Virus record (IMG/VR): IMGVR_UViG_3300020469_005555
Location: 1-61,117 of that record
Source of the DNA: a virus
Lineage: Duplodnaviria > Caudoviricetes
DNA length: 61,117 bases
Reading direction: 5' to 3' (one strand)
Below, piece by piece: positions 19,405-29,879 of the stretch. Every line of letters starts with the position of its first letter. Position 1 is the stretch's first letter. The notes under the pieces were generated by a model. The model did no database searches. It saw nothing but the letters and a program-made list of their open reading frames with translations, and was not told the origin of the DNA. The position numbers and the translations under genes are program-made.

Positions 19405-20312
19405 TTTTTTATACCCGAAAATTCTAGTAACTCTTTATAAATATTACAAGTGTTACTTATATGAAAGTTTTTAGAAAGTTCAAATGACAAATTCGAAAGA
19501 TGAGAATACAAACTTTTATCATTTTTTAGTATCTTTATCTTATCTAACATTGCATATTTTGACCCGCAGACGCACCACAGCAATTCTGTATAGTTGTGTG
19601 CTGTTATTGCGTCAATATAAGATTCATAAGGAGAGAAAAGTGCTGGAATTCCGTACGAAAACATATTTAAAAGTTTTGCGCTTGGCTTTGTAATTGTATA
19701 CGTGCCACCAATTCTTTCTTTTTCATGCGTGAAGCTAATGCAACCTAAATCTATTTTTAAAGTTGATTCTTCGTTAGAATTAATAGTTGGTTGCCGGTGG
19801 TACCATTGTAAATTATTTTGGTGACAAAAATCAATAAATGAATTATCATCAGTAAAAGTATCAGCCACTCCTAAATAACCGATCGTCTCAGGTGATACTG
19901 GTAGATCTTTTCTTTTTTGCCCTACAAAGTCTTTATCAAAATTTGTTAAAATATGTGGTATTTTAAACATAGGTTTATTGAAATTATGAATGTTTTTAAT
20001 AATGTGACGAGATGAGTCAGTGTTTACAATTAAAGCGTCTAAGTTATCACGATGTTGCATCCAATGTTTTTTTGAATCAACAACATCTAGTATTACTTTG
20101 GCACCGTTTTGTTTAACTGCTTTTGATTGGCCTAATCGGTCGTATTTAACAAAAACAACTGTATCACCGGCACTTACACTGTTTGGGTTAAAATTGTTTG
20201 CAACACAATACTTTGCATTTATTTTTTCATTTTGCATGCCCATTGCAGGGAGAATACCCCTTATGTAAGCATTTCCTGCTGTTAAATTGTCAATAACAAA
20301 AACTATACTCAT
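19401..20312 (-). CDS. Hypothetical glycosyltransferase-like protein
   Basis: KPSAKLLNMFSYGIP resembles a GT-B nucleotide-binding motif. Confidence 0.5.
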   Translation of the reverse strand: MSIVFVIDNLTAGNAYIRGILPAMGMQNEKINAKYCVANNFNPNSVSAGDTVVFVKYDRLGQSKAVKQNGAKVILDVVDSKKHWMQHRDNLDALIVNTDSSRHIIKNIHNFNKPMFKIPHILTNFDKDFVGQKRKDLPVSPETIGYLGVADTFTDDNSFIDFCHQNNLQWYHRQPTINSNEESTLKIDLGCISFTHEKERIGGTYTITKPSAKLLNMFSYGIPALFSPYESYIDAITAHNYTELLWCVCGSKYAMLDKIKILKNDKSLYSHLSNLSFELSKNFHISNTCNIYKELLEFSGIKK

Positions 20313-20319
20313 TTCTTTC

Positions 20320-21411
20320 CTACAATAATTTCTTTGACTTACTAAGCGCCGATCCTATTACTTGATGCATGTCATAGTACTTATACTCTGCTAATCTACC
20401 GCCAAAAAGCACATTTTTACATTTATTCTTTGCAATTGATCTGTAATCCTTGTATAAGCTATTATTTTTATCATTGTTCACTGGATAAAGAGGTATCTTC
20501 GATCTATCCCAAACATCTGGGTACTCAAATGTCACCACTGTGTCTTCGCATTTTTTAAACTCAAAATGTTTGTGCTCGATTGTCCTAGTATATTTAACAC
20601 TCGCTTCAGTGTGATTGATTGCAGCGTTACCTTGATAGTCTCCTTTCATTATTCTGTGATCAAAATTAATTGTGCGGTATTCAAGTATTCCCAAATCATA
20701 ACCAAAGTATTCATCGATCTTGCCTGTAAAAACTATTTTATCAGCTAGCTTTTCTAGTGAATTTTTGTTTTCAAAAAAGTCAACATTTAATTGTATCTCG
20801 ATTCCGTCTAAAATTCTTTCAAACATCTTCGTATAACCACCCACAGGGATCCCCTGATAACGATCGTTGAAATAGTTGTCATCATATGTTAATCTAATAG
20901 GTAGTCGCTTAATGATGAATGCAGGTAAATCCTTGGGATCCCTGTTCCACTGTTTTATTGTGTATCCTTTTATAAAAGTTTCATATACTTCATGACCAAC
21001 CTGTGTCAATATCCATTCTTCTAAATTTTGTGGATTTTCAATTTTTACTCTGACTTCTTCAAGCTTTTTCTCTGCTTCTTGGGGAGTAATAACACCCCAA
21101 AGTTGGTGAAAAGTCATCATGTTGATTGGGAAGGAATAAATACTATTTTTATTCTTTACTTTTGCACGGTATGTGAAGTGATTAAAATCTGTGAATCTAT
21201 TTGCATATTCCCAAATTTGTTTATTGTTTGTATGAAACACATGAGGACCATACTTGTGTACTTCAATATCTTTAATTTTTTCTGTGTAGCAATTTCCTGC
21301 TATGTGATTTCTTTTATCAATTACTAGCACCTTTTTGCCTGCATCTTTTGCTTGTCTAGCAAAAACTGAACCAAACATTCCCGCGCCGATAACTAAGTAA
21401 TCATATTTCAT
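20320..21411 (-). CDS. glf: UDP-galactopyranose mutase
   Basis: GAGMFG, HIAGNCY, HKYGPHVFHT, YQGIP.GGYT, TR.IEHKHF, GRLAEYKYYDMHQ. Confidence 0.98.
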   Translation of the reverse strand: MKYDYLVIGAGMFGSVFARQAKDAGKKVLVIDKRNHIAGNCYTEKIKDIEVHKYGPHVFHTNNKQIWEYANRFTDFNHFTYRAKVKNKNSIYSFPINMMTFHQLWGVITPQEAEKKLEEVRVKIENPQNLEEWILTQVGHEVYETFIKGYTIKQWNRDPKDLPAFIIKRLPIRLTYDDNYFNDRYQGIPVGGYTKMFERILDGIEIQLNVDFFENKNSLEKLADKIVFTGKIDEYFGYDLGILEYRTINFDHRIMKGDYQGNAAINHTEASVKYTRTIEHKHFEFKKCEDTVVTFEYPDVWDRSKIPLYPVNNDKNNSLYKDYRSIAKNKCKNVLFGGRLAEYKYYDMHQVIGSALSKSKKLL

Positions 21412-21924
21412 TTAAACCTCTATAGAATTTATTTTGCATTTTTTTTTAATAAAGTCGTTTGCTTGCATTGAGACTGTGCCTTTTTCAAACGAGTGAATTA
21501 TTATCCAGCTAGATACAATCGTGATTTCACCCGGAACATTTTTAATTCCCAACATTTCCGCTAGTGGGTTTTTTTCTACTATTTTAACACCGTTTAATAA
21601 AACCTTATATTTTTCTCTTGTCGATTTTTTAAATTTTATAATTTCTTCCCTATTGCTATAAAGAATAGATATTACAAGCATCTCCGTACCAAACTTTTCA
21701 ATTATTTTTCCTTTTTTAATAATTCTTGCATCTTTCTTGCTTGATCGATCTTGAATACTATAGAAATCAGAAAAATAATTGTGCCAATTTTTATCATTAA
21801 GTACAGCTGTGTACGCTTCTTTAATAACAAATTTTTGTTTAATTTCATTCAATAAATTTTCCCACAATGATTTTGCAGGTGAAAACAAGGTCATTATTAC
21901 AAAATCTTCACCCATGTTAATCAC
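21412..21924 (-). CDS. Hypothetical protein
   Basis: 170-aa ORF abutting both neighbours. Confidence 0.6.
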   Translation of the reverse strand: MINMGEDFVIMTLFSPAKSLWENLLNEIKQKFVIKEAYTAVLNDKNWHNYFSDFYSIQDRSSKKDARIIKKGKIIEKFGTEMLVISILYSNREEIIKFKKSTREKYKVLLNGVKIVEKNPLAEMLGIKNVPGEITIVSSWIIIHSFEKGTVSMQANDFIKKKCKINSIEV

Positions 21925-22976
21925 AAAAAATTAGGGTGAGTTTTGCTCTTTATCTTATCAAGAAACTCATTTAAATTATCACCTACACATAAGTGAGGAC
22001 ATTTTTGCACATCTAGATTAGCTAAAATTTTCTTACGAGTTTTACCATTCCATATCTCGTCAAATTTTTTAAACTTAATATTTCCAATCCAACCCTCCTT
22101 GTTACCCGTTAATGAACAACAAATGTACACGTCTCCGGTTGCGGTTATCGTGGTAGATTTAAAAGACTGTGCGTGACAGACATTGTAAGATCTACAAGTC
22201 CCTTTACCACTCAGAATTTTTTCATATTTTCCTTCATCAATTATTACTTTAAATTTATCTGTTTCATAAGACTTCGCTTTTTTAAATAATTCATTAAGTT
22301 CTTTAGCGTCTACTGACTTGTAATCGTAAAGAAAACCGAAACTTGGTCGGAGCTGAGCGTAATCTATTTTAGAGTTTTTGCAGACTTCAATGAACTTATG
22401 AATATTTCGATCCATTTCGGGATATTGGTTTGTTATATAACCGGCACCTAAGGTTGTCTTTAGTTTAAACATCCTCTTGATCCCAGACAACATTTTTAAA
22501 TTTTTAATAGTTCTATCAAAATTAGCTGTTTTTCCATGAGACTTCTTGTGCGTTTCTTTATCATATGCATCCAAGGATATTCTAATCCAGGTGAACATAG
22601 GTAACAACTTTGTCATATTCCACTTGTGAAACATCGAACCGTTGCAAATCAACCCAATCTCAAAACCTTTGGCGTGAGTTAGTTCTATGATTTTATCAAA
22701 TTGTTTGTGTGTAGTTGGTTCACCACCACCGGTATAGTTTATACCTTTAACGCCGCACCTTTTGAGTCCGTCGAGTAAGTCTTCAAATAAATCAAAATTT
22801 AGACTATTATTATCATTATGGATTAATTCATAATCAATACAACCAGGACAATCATGATTGCAGACGTTTGTTAGATCTATTTTTACAGTTACTGGACCAG
22901 ATGTATCAGCATTATTATACCACTCTGTATATTTTTTAGGATGATTTAAAACCTTGTTTGAATTTAAAAAGCTCAT
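21921..22976 (-). CDS. Radical SAM/SPASM protein
   Basis: CNHDCPGC, TGGGEPT, RISLDA, G.VYICC, IGNI....F.EIW, C...C. Confidence 0.9.
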   Translation of the reverse strand: MSFLNSNKVLNHPKKYTEWYNNADTSGPVTVKIDLTNVCNHDCPGCIDYELIHNDNNSLNFDLFEDLLDGLKRCGVKGINYTGGGEPTTHKQFDKIIELTHAKGFEIGLICNGSMFHKWNMTKLLPMFTWIRISLDAYDKETHKKSHGKTANFDRTIKNLKMLSGIKRMFKLKTTLGAGYITNQYPEMDRNIHKFIEVCKNSKIDYAQLRPSFGFLYDYKSVDAKELNELFKKAKSYETDKFKVIIDEGKYEKILSGKGTCRSYNVCHAQSFKSTTITATGDVYICCSLTGNKEGWIGNIKFKKFDEIWNGKTRKKILANLDVQKCPHLCVGDNLNEFLDKIKSKTHPNFL

Positions 22977-23038
22977 ATTTACCTGTCTATGCTAATAATA
23001 CAAAAGAAAAACTTGATGTTTAGGTTGAGAACTGTAGA

Positions 23039-23983
23039 CTAATCTAAGTATCTATTTAAATATTTACAGATCGCTTCTGGTGTCCAATAAAGCTTATAAT
23101 ATTCTTCGCACTGCTGTTGATATTTAGGATAATTTTGTACAATTTCAGATAAATCGTTTTCCCAGTTGACACTATTAAAGTCTATTTCAGGAATATGCTT
23201 TTTCCAGCTGTGTGCATTGTCATATGAATTTTTTCTCATTACGATGCAGTTACCTAGATAACTTTGATCAACCATTCTTGATGTGTATTCACCAATTCCT
23301 GGTGGATTAATGATTACTTTGCACTCAAAACTATGTTTTATATAATCTTCATATGAGCATGAAGTGTGTAAAACTTTTAAATTAGATTTTCTTAATTTGC
23401 TAATTAAATTTTGTCTCGAGTTGTTATCATAATAACCAGTATTTTTACTTCTTCCAGGTATGTTAAATGTATCATGGTCTGTATGTGAAATGTCAGGCAA
23501 AACTGAACTGGCTTTAGGGTAATGGTATTTTTTATCGCTAAAGAAAACACCTACATCATATTTTTTCTCAATGGAATCATACTTCTCTTTAATTTGCTTC
23601 TTTTTTTCGTATACGTAATTGTAGAAGTTACTATTAAAAGACCATTTAAAAAAGGGGACAACAAACCCATTGTTTCTTTGAGCATAATCTACAATATTTT
23701 TCGACCATTTATTAGAATATGCTGATTTTAAATAAACAAATGGTTTTCCTTGTGAATGTTCGACAACGTTTCTAACCCTTCCACAGTATTCAAAAATCTC
23801 AAGGTCATCATTTACTCCGTCAGAAGTATCAATGTAAACATTTTTTTCATTACCAACAAATGTTGCTGTTTTTAAAATTATTTCTGAACCTGTATATTTG
23901 ATCCGATCGTCATTTAGTAAATTTTTATGATAAAATTTGAACCTTTCAGGGTTGTAATAGCTTAAATATGTTTTTGATTTCAT
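23039..23983 (-). CDS. Hypothetical glycosyltransferase-like protein (GT47/GT90-like C-terminus)
   Basis: Y.....ECKVIINPPGIGEYTSR..D..YLG pattern. Confidence 0.5.
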   Translation of the reverse strand: MKSKTYLSYYNPERFKFYHKNLLNDDRIKYTGSEIILKTATFVGNEKNVYIDTSDGVNDDLEIFEYCGRVRNVVEHSQGKPFVYLKSAYSNKWSKNIVDYAQRNNGFVVPFFKWSFNSNFYNYVYEKKKQIKEKYDSIEKKYDVGVFFSDKKYHYPKASSVLPDISHTDHDTFNIPGRSKNTGYYDNNSRQNLISKLRKSNLKVLHTSCSYEDYIKHSFECKVIINPPGIGEYTSRMVDQSYLGNCIVMRKNSYDNAHSWKKHIPEIDFNSVNWENDLSEIVQNYPKYQQQCEEYYKLYWTPEAICKYLNRYLD

Positions 23984-23988
23984 AACTC

Positions 23989-24927
23989 TTACTCTATTTT
24001 TCCCACATGCTTTATTACGTCAAGATACTGTAGTATTTGTTGTTCAAGACTACCATTAAAATTCATTACCTTACTTTTAAGCAAATCAAAGTTATTAATG
24101 CAACTGTTTAGGGCGTTTTCAATATCTTCAGCTCCAGAATATTCGACACCATAATCAAAACAGTACTCATCAATACTTCCACCTCCTGACTTATAGATGA
24201 CAGGAAGACCTGCTGCAAGACCCTCAAGAACGTGATTTGCACCTGCTTCTAACTCAGAAGCAGTTAAATATATGTCAAATTCTGGTAAAGTTTTCGATAG
24301 TTGTTGTACATCAATAGGTTTATTAATGATGATTCCTTCTGAACTAAAACTAGAGTTATACCTCCCTATATAAGTAAACTCAATATCTTTTCTTCCCTTA
24401 ATCATTTTTCCAAATTTTTGATATATGTCAAAACCTTTCTTAGGATTGTCTGACCAATGGTGAGTAACAATTCGTATCTTATTACTGTCAATTATATTGT
24501 TTGTGTTTCTATTTTCATAGAATATTGACATTGGTTTGTTTTGTATTATGACATAATTTTTCTTGGAAAATCCAATTGCTTTTCTTGCCCAATTGCTTGG
24601 AAAAATTAGAAAATCAGAAAAATTAATTGTCTGTGATACGAGTTGTGTTATTTCAACACCACGATGTGTCCCTAAGTCACCAACACGTTGTATTATTTTT
24701 ACTTTTTTGTTTGAATTATTTTTATAGTTTATAAAATCTTGATACCAAACCCCTCTATCATCTGGTTTTGGATCAATACAAAAAATTACATCAATATCAC
24801 TTTCTTTTAAATCATAAGTTAACTGTATATTGTCATCATTAGTAAGATATTTGTCTAACAAGGTTAAAGATTTATTTCCGCCACCCCACGGACCTGATAC
24901 TGGTTTTCTATTTAAGTATACTTTCAT
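23989..24927 (-). CDS. Glycosyltransferase, GT4
   Basis: GPWGGGN, KKGFD, EAGANHVLEGLAAGLPV. Confidence 0.9.
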   Translation of the reverse strand: MKVYLNRKPVSGPWGGGNKSLTLLDKYLTNDDNIQLTYDLKESDIDVIFCIDPKPDDRGVWYQDFINYKNNSNKKVKIIQRVGDLGTHRGVEITQLVSQTINFSDFLIFPSNWARKAIGFSKKNYVIIQNKPMSIFYENRNTNNIIDSNKIRIVTHHWSDNPKKGFDIYQKFGKMIKGRKDIEFTYIGRYNSSFSSEGIIINKPIDVQQLSKTLPEFDIYLTASELEAGANHVLEGLAAGLPVIYKSGGGSIDEYCFDYGVEYSGAEDIENALNSCINNFDLLKSKVMNFNGSLEQQILQYLDVIKHVGKIE

Positions 24928-24930
24928 TGT

Positions 24931-25629
24931 TTACTGTGCTTTAAAAAGATTTTCATACGCTGCCATCGTTCTTAGATGAATATTATTTTTTTCTTTTGAA
25001 ATATTTTTAATTTGTTCTGTTTCTAAAAAATTATAAATTAGTCTTATTGATCGTTTCCCAGGTGCTTCAGGGACAACAGCATGCAAACCATTTGTGTCAA
25101 AAAGTATTGCTTTGCTTTTTTTTGATTTGATTTTTTGAACCTTAAGAATGTTAAACAACTGATTGTCAAAAGCACTTGTGGGGAAAAGTACACGGTTTGA
25201 TCCAAGTAAGTACAAAAGCCTGTCTTCAGCTTCCTCATTAAAAGAAGGATAATATATTATTTTTACTCCGTGAGGTGCTTGACCAATTAAAGTTCCATCA
25301 TTTTTGTAGTATGTATCACGGTGCCAATTCATATAACTTTTGTCGTCCTCTACGATTCTAATCTGGACGTGTGACAGTGCCATATTTCGAAGCGTGTAAG
25401 CTCTTATGACTTCACTAGACTTGTTTTTGATAAGTGCATTAAGAAATACCTCGTCGTAACTTATTACATCTGGTCGTAAATCGTATGTCTTTGCGTATTT
25501 TGTTCTCAACTCAAAGCCGGTTTTTACTTTTCCATTAAATATTTCTAATAAAAGATTATCGAGGTTTTCATCTACAAAATCAATTTCAACAATACCGTTT
25601 TTGTAAAATAATTCATTTTGATTAATCAA
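24931..25629 (-). CDS. 2OG-Fe(II) dioxygenase, PhyH-like
   Basis: WHRD (HxD), LFD..GLHA, distal R. Confidence 0.75.
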   Translation of the reverse strand: MINQNELFYKNGIVEIDFVDENLDNLLLEIFNGKVKTGFELRTKYAKTYDLRPDVISYDEVFLNALIKNKSSEVIRAYTLRNMALSHVQIRIVEDDKSYMNWHRDTYYKNDGTLIGQAPHGVKIIYYPSFNEEAEDRLLYLLGSNRVLFPTSAFDNQLFNILKVQKIKSKKSKAILFDTNGLHAVVPEAPGKRSIRLIYNFLETEQIKNISKEKNNIHLRTMAAYENLFKAQ

Positions 25630-25630
25630 T

Positions 25631-26347
25631 TTATTCCTCTTCTATTTTACTGATAAGTACTTGGCCATAATCTATATCTTCGTCTGTTTTCCCTCTGTCA
25701 TCGAAAAACATTCTTCTATCCATAATAATGACTTCTTTATCGTAACCTTCGATTTCATTTATTGCACGAGAGCATTCGATATCTTTTTGTTGTCTATCAC
25801 CAAAAATATAATCATCAAATAGAACTTTCTTATTAAAGTTACTCTTTGCATATTCCCAGTCACTTTTAACGGCATCATAACGGTGATCACCATCAATATA
25901 GACAAAATCAAACTTTTTATCTGGGTTATCAGTATAGAATTTTTCAGAAGTTGATTTTATAAATTCTATTTTTTGAAACCATTCCTGGGGGAATATTTGT
26001 GCTAATTGTTTTAGAAAATCTTCATTTAAGTTTGGATCAACCGTTGTTATTTTACCGTCAATTCCATGATCACACATTGCTTTTGCCATGCACATTGTTG
26101 CGTATCCACGACCAAAACCAATTTCCAAAACAGAATTAAATTCATTTTTTCTTGTCAAATAGTACATCAGTATGCCTCTTTCGTAGTTAGGTCTAAAAAA
26201 ACAACCGGCTGACTTGTATGACTCCTTATCTGGTGTTCTATTTTTCTTTGCTGTATACTCACCAATTACATCAAAGTCACCCATAACAATGTCTTCAATA
26301 TAAACACCCATTTCTTTTAATTTTTCTTGAATTATAATTTTTCTCAT
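25631..26347 (-). CDS. Class I SAM-dependent methyltransferase (Methyltransf_24-like)
   Basis: VLEIGFGRGYA, FDFVYIDGDH.Y, FDDY. Confidence 0.9.
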   Translation of the reverse strand: MRKIIIQEKLKEMGVYIEDIVMGDFDVIGEYTAKKNRTPDKESYKSAGCFFRPNYERGILMYYLTRKNEFNSVLEIGFGRGYATMCMAKAMCDHGIDGKITTVDPNLNEDFLKQLAQIFPQEWFQKIEFIKSTSEKFYTDNPDKKFDFVYIDGDHRYDAVKSDWEYAKSNFNKKVLFDDYIFGDRQQKDIECSRAINEIEGYDKEVIIMDRRMFFDDRGKTDEDIDYGQVLISKIEEE

Positions 26348-26713
26348 TTAATCTCCTTTCTCTATTCTAATGCTATCACTATCAAAGTGTTGTGTTGAGA
26401 ATTCAAACAACTCAGTGTCTTCTAATGCTTCCATACGATGTCTCAAGCCTCGATAAACATGAAAATTATCGCCAGGACCTAATATAGTTACATTTGCTGA
26501 GTTGATATCATCATCGTCAGAATAATAAACTTTTATTTTTCCCGACTGAATGTAAAAAACTTCGTCTTTTTTAATGTGATAGTGCCAAGAGCATTTTCTA
26601 TCTTTCACAAAGTACAAAAGTTTACCACAATATTCTTTATTGTTCACAATCCATTTTTCAAAGCCCCACCCTTTTGGGACAAACTTAATTTTTTGAGTTG
26701 AAGAAGTCTTCAT
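26348..26713 (-). CDS. Cupin (sugar isomerase-like)
   Basis: VPKGWG.E.W, SWHYH..KDE.F, HR...E.S; start adjusted to MKTSS. Confidence 0.85.
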   Translation of the reverse strand: MKTSSTQKIKFVPKGWGFEKWIVNNKEYCGKLLYFVKDRKCSWHYHIKKDEVFYIQSGKIKVYYSDDDDINSANVTILGPGDNFHVYRGLRHRMEALEDTELFEFSTQHFDSDSIRIEKGD

Positions 26714-27014
26714 CCTTAACCCCTTTGTCATCTACATAAATGTCACCTGCTGGCTTTCCTAAATGTAATTCATTATATTTTACGCCCCAACTGTCTAATT
26801 GTTTAACTGTGAAATCATAGAACATACTTGTTGCTTTTTCTTTGTCATTTTTAAATCTACCCATACCTCTTGCTGTTTGAAAAATTATATAATGTCCCGC
26901 TAAGTATAGATTATTAATTTTTTTAATTCTTTCAATGATTGGTTTCGCTTCTGAGTAGTCGCCTTCTATCAATGTGCAAATAGTTCCGTCAATGTCAAAC
27001 ACGTAAGTTTTCAT
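26685..27014 (-). CDS. HAD-family phosphatase (capsule-biosynthesis type; possible GmhB role)
   Basis: FDIDGTI, TARG, GKP..D.YVDDK. Confidence 0.85.
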   Translation of the reverse strand: MKTYVFDIDGTICTLIEGDYSEAKPIIERIKKINNLYLAGHYIIFQTARGMGRFKNDKEKATSMFYDFTVKQLDSWGVKYNELHLGKPAGDIYVDDKGVKDEDFFNSKN

Positions 27015-27780
27015 ATTCTGTCCTTGTGATTGTATAACAACCTAATTTTGTTACGCTCAAAGAAGCACATTTGTTAGCTGTTTTTATCGACTTAATAATA
27101 TCTTTAGTTTCTAGCCATCTTACTGCTAATGCTGCTAAAAATACATCTCCAGCTCCGCAAACATCATGTACTTCGACTTTATCTACAGGATAGCTTTTAC
27201 CTAGATAAGTACAACCTCTTGCGCCTAATGTTGTTATTAACTCAGCCGTTTTACTTTTATGTTTCATCGAGATTGATTCGATTTCGTTAATTTTTATTAC
27301 ACAGTTTTGAAAACTGGATAACATTTGTCTTTTTGTATCTACAAAAATTTTGCAATCTTTAAATTTTTCACACAAAGAAGTTATTGTTTTTTCGCTTAAA
27401 TAACCTTTATTGTAGTCTGAAATTACAATTAAATCGTAGTCTTGATCTGTTATTTCAGAAACATCTAGAGGAAGCAACTCTTTTTCAATATCATATCTCA
27501 TAATTTGATATTTTGATTTTTCATCAATATACCTAATCTTTTTAATTTTTTTAATTGAATTACAATAAAAGTGAACTTCCGTATTACTTGACATCTCCTG
27601 TATGTTTTTATGCACATTTCCAGACATTCCCAACCTGTATTCTTTTCTTGACTTTTTCAATACTGGTACTGGAGCTTCTGGACTAAGTCTATTGACTTCT
27701 CCAAAAACATAAACATCTTGGCATATTTCACCCACCAGTAATATTTTGTATGGCTTTTGTTGTTGAATAACCTGGGACAT
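26995..27780 (-). CDS. hldA: D-glycero-manno-heptose-7-phosphate kinase (RfaE domain I, PfkB family)
   Basis: G.VNRLSPEAPVPV, ISDYNKG, DVCGAGDVF. Confidence 0.9.
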   Translation of the reverse strand: MSQVIQQQKPYKILLVGEICQDVYVFGEVNRLSPEAPVPVLKKSRKEYRLGMSGNVHKNIQEMSSNTEVHFYCNSIKKIKKIRYIDEKSKYQIMRYDIEKELLPLDVSEITDQDYDLIVISDYNKGYLSEKTITSLCEKFKDCKIFVDTKRQMLSSFQNCVIKINEIESISMKHKSKTAELITTLGARGCTYLGKSYPVDKVEVHDVCGAGDVFLAALAVRWLETKDIIKSIKTANKCASLSVTKLGCYTITRTEYENLRV

Positions 27781-28126
27781 TATTAAATATCTTTACCTCA
27801 CAAATATCTTTTCCTACGACATCTTGGGGTTTATAATCACCACCTTTAACTATGACATCAGGATTAACTTCTCTAATTAGATTATAAGGTGTATCTTCTT
27901 TAAATACAATTACTTTGTCAACGTATTTTATACTTTCTAACATTAGTTTTCTATCTTGCTGGTTGTTTATCGGTCTTTTATCACCCTTTAACCGTTTTAC
28001 GCTAGCATCGCTGTTTAATCCAACAATTACAACTTTACCCAAACTATGACAGTATTTTAATAATTCAATATGTCCTCTGTGAAGAACATCAAAACAGCCG
28101 TTAGTAAAAATTATTTTTCCAGACAT
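27728..28126 (-). CDS. hldC: Heptose-1-phosphate adenylyltransferase (RfaE domain II)
   Basis: FTNGCFDVLHRGH, GLNSDASVKRLKG..RP, KGGDY, GYSTT. Confidence 0.92.
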   Translation of the reverse strand: MSGKIIFTNGCFDVLHRGHIELLKYCHSLGKVVIVGLNSDASVKRLKGDKRPINNQQDRKLMLESIKYVDKVIVFKEDTPYNLIREVNPDVIVKGGDYKPQDVVGKDICEVKIFNNVPGYSTTKAIQNITGG

Positions 28127-28968
28127 AATTCTTCCTGAATTAAGCGCACGATATTAGTTAGATCATAATTTTCAGCATCTTTTTTACAATCAGGACACTC
28201 TGTCTTTAAACCACACGGACCGTGTGAAGATATGTTAACATTGATATTTTGCGGGTAAGCCACCATTTTTTCTGACTGATAACCGGTTATTATAACTATT
28301 GACTTTGTATTTACAGCTGTTGTTGCATGCACTAAACCACTTTCTGTTGCCAAAAACAATTCTGATCTCTCAATTACTGATATTGCCTGCCTAAATGATG
28401 TTTGTCCTGTTAAGTCTACTACGTTGTTCAAGACAGGGGTACCTGCGTTACCGACCTGGACGATTTTTATTTTATTGTGGACTGCATTTACAATTTCTTG
28501 CCATTTTTCAAACGGATAATTTCTATTTGGCGTGTAATTATCTTTTGAAAAGGGTTCTATTGTGATGTATTTTTCACCTTTTAAAATAGAATTGTGGTAA
28601 TCTCTTGCCCATTCTTTTTCTAAGTCACTTAATTTTACAACACATTTTAGTTCTGGTTCTTTTATACCATAACACTCACAAATTTGTTCAATTATATGCT
28701 TATCATACCTATGAAGAGCTTTTGTTGGTGTGTCACTTTTGCAGTAATTTGCGTGAGGATTATTCAAAATAAGAGGAAACAAAAAAACGTTTTCATCATC
28801 GCTATCACCTTGGAAAAAATCAGAATTATTATAAAAGGAAGGACTTTTAATTAATTTTAAAAAATTACCGTGTTGTTCTACTGGTAACATTTTTACATTG
28901 TTATTGGCAACAACTTTTTTAATTTCTCTAGCTGCTGCTGTCCAAGTCAAATAACCACCAAGACCCAT
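28111..28968 (-). CDS. Glycosyltransferase GT9 (heptosyltransferase-like)
   Basis: GLGG.L, R.YP..KWQ, IVQVG, DLTGQTS, ESGLVH, and Cys-rich tail PC....ECPDC. Confidence 0.85.
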   Translation of the reverse strand: MGLGGYLTWTAAAREIKKVVANNNVKMLPVEQHGNFLKLIKSPSFYNNSDFFQGDSDDENVFLFPLILNNPHANYCKSDTPTKALHRYDKHIIEQICECYGIKEPELKCVVKLSDLEKEWARDYHNSILKGEKYITIEPFSKDNYTPNRNYPFEKWQEIVNAVHNKIKIVQVGNAGTPVLNNVVDLTGQTSFRQAISVIERSELFLATESGLVHATTAVNTKSIVIITGYQSEKMVAYPQNINVNISSHGPCGLKTECPDCKKDAENYDLTNIVRLIQEELCLEK

Positions 28969-29879
28969 TACTTTAATTCCTTCATTATGTTGAAATATTT
29001 ACTTACACATTTTTGAAAATTATTTCTATTATTAGTTTTAATCTTAACTGATTTTGAAAAATCCATAGGTGGAGGACGATATAATGCGATGGGCTTAAAA
29101 TCCCACTCATCTTCAATTATTAATATCCCATCATTGACAACCTCTTTTGTTCCACCAGTACTAGAGCATACAATTTGACAGCCGGAAGACTGTGCATCCA
29201 CAACTACGTTAGGGCAGTGATCTAGGTACGCCAAGTGAACAAATGTAGAAGAACGTCTATACAGTGATAGTAAACTCATATAGTCTAGTTCACCCATTAA
29301 AATTATCCGTTTATCATTTGGGATTATTGCTTTGGCGTCGTCCATTCCTATTGCGCCCGCAATTGCAAAAATAGCATCTTTAGGTGCGAATTCTAAAAAG
29401 TATCTAATATTCTCATTCAATCTTTTGTGTGGTCTCCAGCTAGAAGCACAACTCCAAACTTCTGTATTTTTACCGAACCTTTTATCCCAAAACCTTTTAT
29501 TCGCAGAATTTATTAACCTACTGTCACTTGCATTATTAATTACGTGACTATTTTTGTGAATACCGAACCAAGCTTCAACTAGCTTCTTATTGAACTGGGA
29601 TTGAAAAACTACTGCGTCTGCGTTATTGTAGGAATAGTGAATAATTGCGTTTTGCTTATTATATTCCTGTTCAGAATTAAACCATATTCCATCCAAGCGT
29701 AGCAGCATAGGTTTAACCTTAGGTAGCTGCTGTTGAATTAAACAGAATTCAACGTCGGCTTCTTCTTGATTACTAAACGTTACATTATCTTTCTCAACTA
29801 AAGATTTGAAAAGCGTTCTGGTGAATTTATTTGGTCCACTATTTGATTCAGGGTTGAAATTGTGAGTGAAAACTTTCAA
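28968..29879 (-). CDS. Glycosyltransferase, GT4
   Basis: SGPNKF, HKR, DHCPNVVVDAQSSG; paralogous to 23989..24927. Confidence 0.85.
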   Translation of the reverse strand: MKVFTHNFNPESNSGPNKFTRTLFKSLVEKDNVTFSNQEEADVEFCLIQQQLPKVKPMLLRLDGIWFNSEQEYNKQNAIIHYSYNNADAVVFQSQFNKKLVEAWFGIHKNSHVINNASDSRLINSANKRFWDKRFGKNTEVWSCASSWRPHKRLNENIRYFLEFAPKDAIFAIAGAIGMDDAKAIIPNDKRIILMGELDYMSLLSLYRRSSTFVHLAYLDHCPNVVVDAQSSGCQIVCSSTGGTKEVVNDGILIIEDEWDFKPIALYRPPPMDFSKSVKIKTNNRNNFQKCVSKYFNIMKELK

